A stretch of 13,402 bases of DNA, taken from a virus. A program made the position numbers and the translations under genes. Below, piece by piece: positions 12,374 to 13,402 of this stretch. The notes beneath the pieces are model-generated. The model was not told the origin of the DNA. It was given only the letters and a program-made list of their open reading frames with translations, and ran no database searches. Within the stretch, counting starts at the first letter, position 1, and every line of letters starts with the position of its first letter. The DNA lies in the IMG/VR virus record IMGVR_UViG_3300045988_056069, positions 1 to 13,402 of that record, one strand, 5' to 3'.

Positions 12374-13237
12374 ATGAGTACTCAGACTGAACACTTGAAA
12401 CTTGACCTACGTGAAGCCGCCGACATTTTCAACCCCTTGAGCACTAACGCTAACTTTGAAAGTCTGGATAACATTATCTATGAAATCCAGACTAAGGGCG
12501 GTGTGCCTACTTACACCACTACGGCAAGCGCTAACCTGTTGAAGCTGTCGCAGAATCCCACGCCTAACGTGACCGTGTTCAAGTTCGTTGCGGCTGGTGA
12601 CGCTAACACATGGAGTTATCAGGAAACTGTTAACGACATTGTGGCACTGGACGGCAGTAAGAAAACTGTCAAGGGCGGCGAAATGTATGTCGCATGGGTG
12701 AATGCGGCTAATGCTATGGTTGTCATTGCATGGCCTGATGTGGTCAATGCTCAGACCTTTGACGGCAAAGGCCCTGCTGAATGGGCAAGCAAAGCACAGT
12801 TGGATGCAGTCAACCAGACAGCGGCCAATGCTACCCAAACGGCACAGGCGGCGGCTACGGTGGCGAATAATGCTAATAAACGTGGATTGCTAAGAAAACG
12901 AATTTATAGCGCATCGTTACCTTACCCAACGTCTATTGAGCCGCAAACCATTAAAATTGGAAAAATTACTGAAACCCCACTATTTGCCGTTATTACGTGC
13001 GGTAGCGGTGCAAGTGCAATCTTTATTGTTGGAAGTGGCGCAGGAGGAGGTACAAGTCTGCAATCGGACGCAAATGGTACTACACGTGGAACAAGACGGT
13101 TGTATCTTAATAGCTCTGTTGTTGACGGATATAGTTTACAGGTAGGAGCAGGCACAAGACTTGACGGAACAACAGATAATGAACTTTGTATTCCTCTTTA
13201 TGTTGACATTTTCTATATGGGAACTTCTGAAGAATAA
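12374..13237 (+). CDS. Tail fibre / receptor-binding protein, 287 aa
   Basis: A strong SD, TAAGGAGGTATT, lies upstream. The N-terminal TEHLKLDLREAADIFNPLSTNANFESLDNI resembles the common Firmicute-phage fibre anchor pattern (L.L.KP......N.N.D.ID). A DGKGPAEWASKAQLD motif is followed by an A/Q/T/N-rich helical neck. The C-terminal beta-rich knob has lower GC. This is the last gene before the terminator. Confidence 0.6.
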   Translation: MSTQTEHLKLDLREAADIFNPLSTNANFESLDNIIYEIQTKGGVPTYTTTASANLLKLSQNPTPNVTVFKFVAAGDANTWSYQETVNDIVALDGSKKTVKGGEMYVAWVNAANAMVVIAWPDVVNAQTFDGKGPAEWASKAQLDAVNQTAANATQTAQAAATVANNANKRGLLRKRIYSASLPYPTSIEPQTIKIGKITETPLFAVITCGSGASAIFIVGSGAGGGTSLQSDANGTTRGTRRLYLNSSVVDGYSLQVGAGTRLDGTTDNELCIPLYVDIFYMGTSEE

Positions 13238-13245
13238 TATATATT

Positions 13246-13280
13246 GGCCCGTGTTGAAATATACACGGGCCTATTTATAT
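13246..13280 (+). terminator. Intrinsic terminator at the end of the operon
   Basis: A perfect 9-bp stem pairs GGCCCGTGT (13246-13254) with ACACGGGCC (13263-13271), with an 8-nt loop. It is followed by T-rich TATTTATAT. It starts 8 nt after the last stop codon. Confidence 0.8.
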
Positions 13281-13285
13281 ACTGT

Positions 13286-13402
13286 CACTTTAATGTACTA
13301 AAGTGCTCCCTGTCCACGCCACACGTACAACTTGTATCCACCGTGCGCACACAAATGTGTCCGTGGGGGAAAGACAAATGTCCGCCAGTGGTGGTTAATC
13401 TA
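13286..13402. repeat. Right inverted terminal repeat (13350-13402 perfect; degenerate similarity from about 13286)
   Basis: This is the reverse complement of 1-53 (perfect) and of 54-117 (imperfect). It includes a perfect 7-bp inverted repeat, CACTTTA-N6-TAAAGTG, at 13286-13305. Confidence 0.95.

Larger units (their letters stand above)
1..13402 (+). other. Complete linear phage genome (phi29-like podovirus, protein-primed replication) bounded by inverted terminal repeats
   Basis: The first 53 nt are the exact reverse complement of the last 53 nt. Replication (terminal-protein candidate plus pPolB), packaging, lysis, head and tail modules all lie between the repeats. All supported genes are on the + strand, with gaps mostly under 20 nt. 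Confidence 0.8.

Noticed and set aside
9458-12838. Other minus-strand ORFs (9458..9964, 10039..10476, 11249..11704, 11407..11685, 11882..12394, 12407..12838)
   Set aside because: All overlap plus-strand genes that have family motifs and/or canonical SDs. None has an SD or a promoter, and the genome is otherwise strictly co-directional.
1831-13145. Same-strand nested or out-of-frame ORFs (for example 1831..2031, 2362..2559, 3268..3456, 3466..3678, 5910..6149, 10200..10397, 11874..12176, 12702..12893, 12936..13145)
   Set aside because: They are embedded in alternative frames of longer genes with recognisable products. They have no SDs, and their compositions are typical of off-frame translation.
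13238-13349. Inward-facing (minus-strand) promoter at the right end, by analogy with phi29 right-end early genes
   Set aside because: Only weak matches were found (GTGACA with TGTATA or TATATT at poor spacing). There is no credible minus-strand gene for it to drive.
1-13402. Temperate lifestyle, integrative element or casposon-like transposon interpretation of the ITRs plus PolB
   Set aside because: There is no integrase, recombinase, Cas1 or partition gene. A full virion gene set is present, so the ITRs fit protein-primed phage termini. The RHH protein alone is not evidence for lysogeny.

Overview
The window appears to be a complete linear dsDNA genome. Its two ends are inverted terminal repeats: 53 bp are perfect, and an ungapped alignment stays recognisable to about 117 bp. 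Between them lie 21 tightly packed genes, all on the + strand. The content is a very small phi29-like (picovirus-type) podophage with protein-primed replication. Gene order is as follows. (1) Tandem early promoters, then four orphan mini-ORFs and a ribbon-helix-helix regulator (130-1100). (2) A candidate terminal protein overlapping a family-B protein-primed DNA polymerase (1054-3734). (3) A Cys-rich micro-ORF and a small possible replication accessory protein (3721-4241). (4) A gp16-like encapsidation ATPase (4245-5282). (5) A BhlA-type holin and a phosphodiester-glycosidase-family putative lysin (5400-6258). (6) The morphogenesis block (6260-13237): unknown protein, scaffold-like protein with a PVPQPA tandem repeat, gp8-like major capsid protein, gp9-like tail knob, tail lysozyme, gp10-like connector, lower-collar candidate and two fibre proteins. 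I found no integrase, tRNA, rRNA or CRISPR. Several ORF-track starts (438, 712, 5593, 9572, 10114) look wrong on Shine-Dalgarno spacing, and three sub-threshold ORFs were added by hand. The items most worth follow-up are these. First, a 73-nt three-way-junction RNA-like element just downstream of the packaging ATPase, whose two hairpin loops are complementary to each other (a pRNA-like architecture). Second, phased CGGACA motifs kept at the same distance from both termini even though the ITR sequence between them has diverged. Third, a non-canonical lysis enzyme. Fourth, co-directional gene organisation with a module order permuted relative to phi29. All homology statements rest on motif recognition and remembered reference sequences, not on searches.
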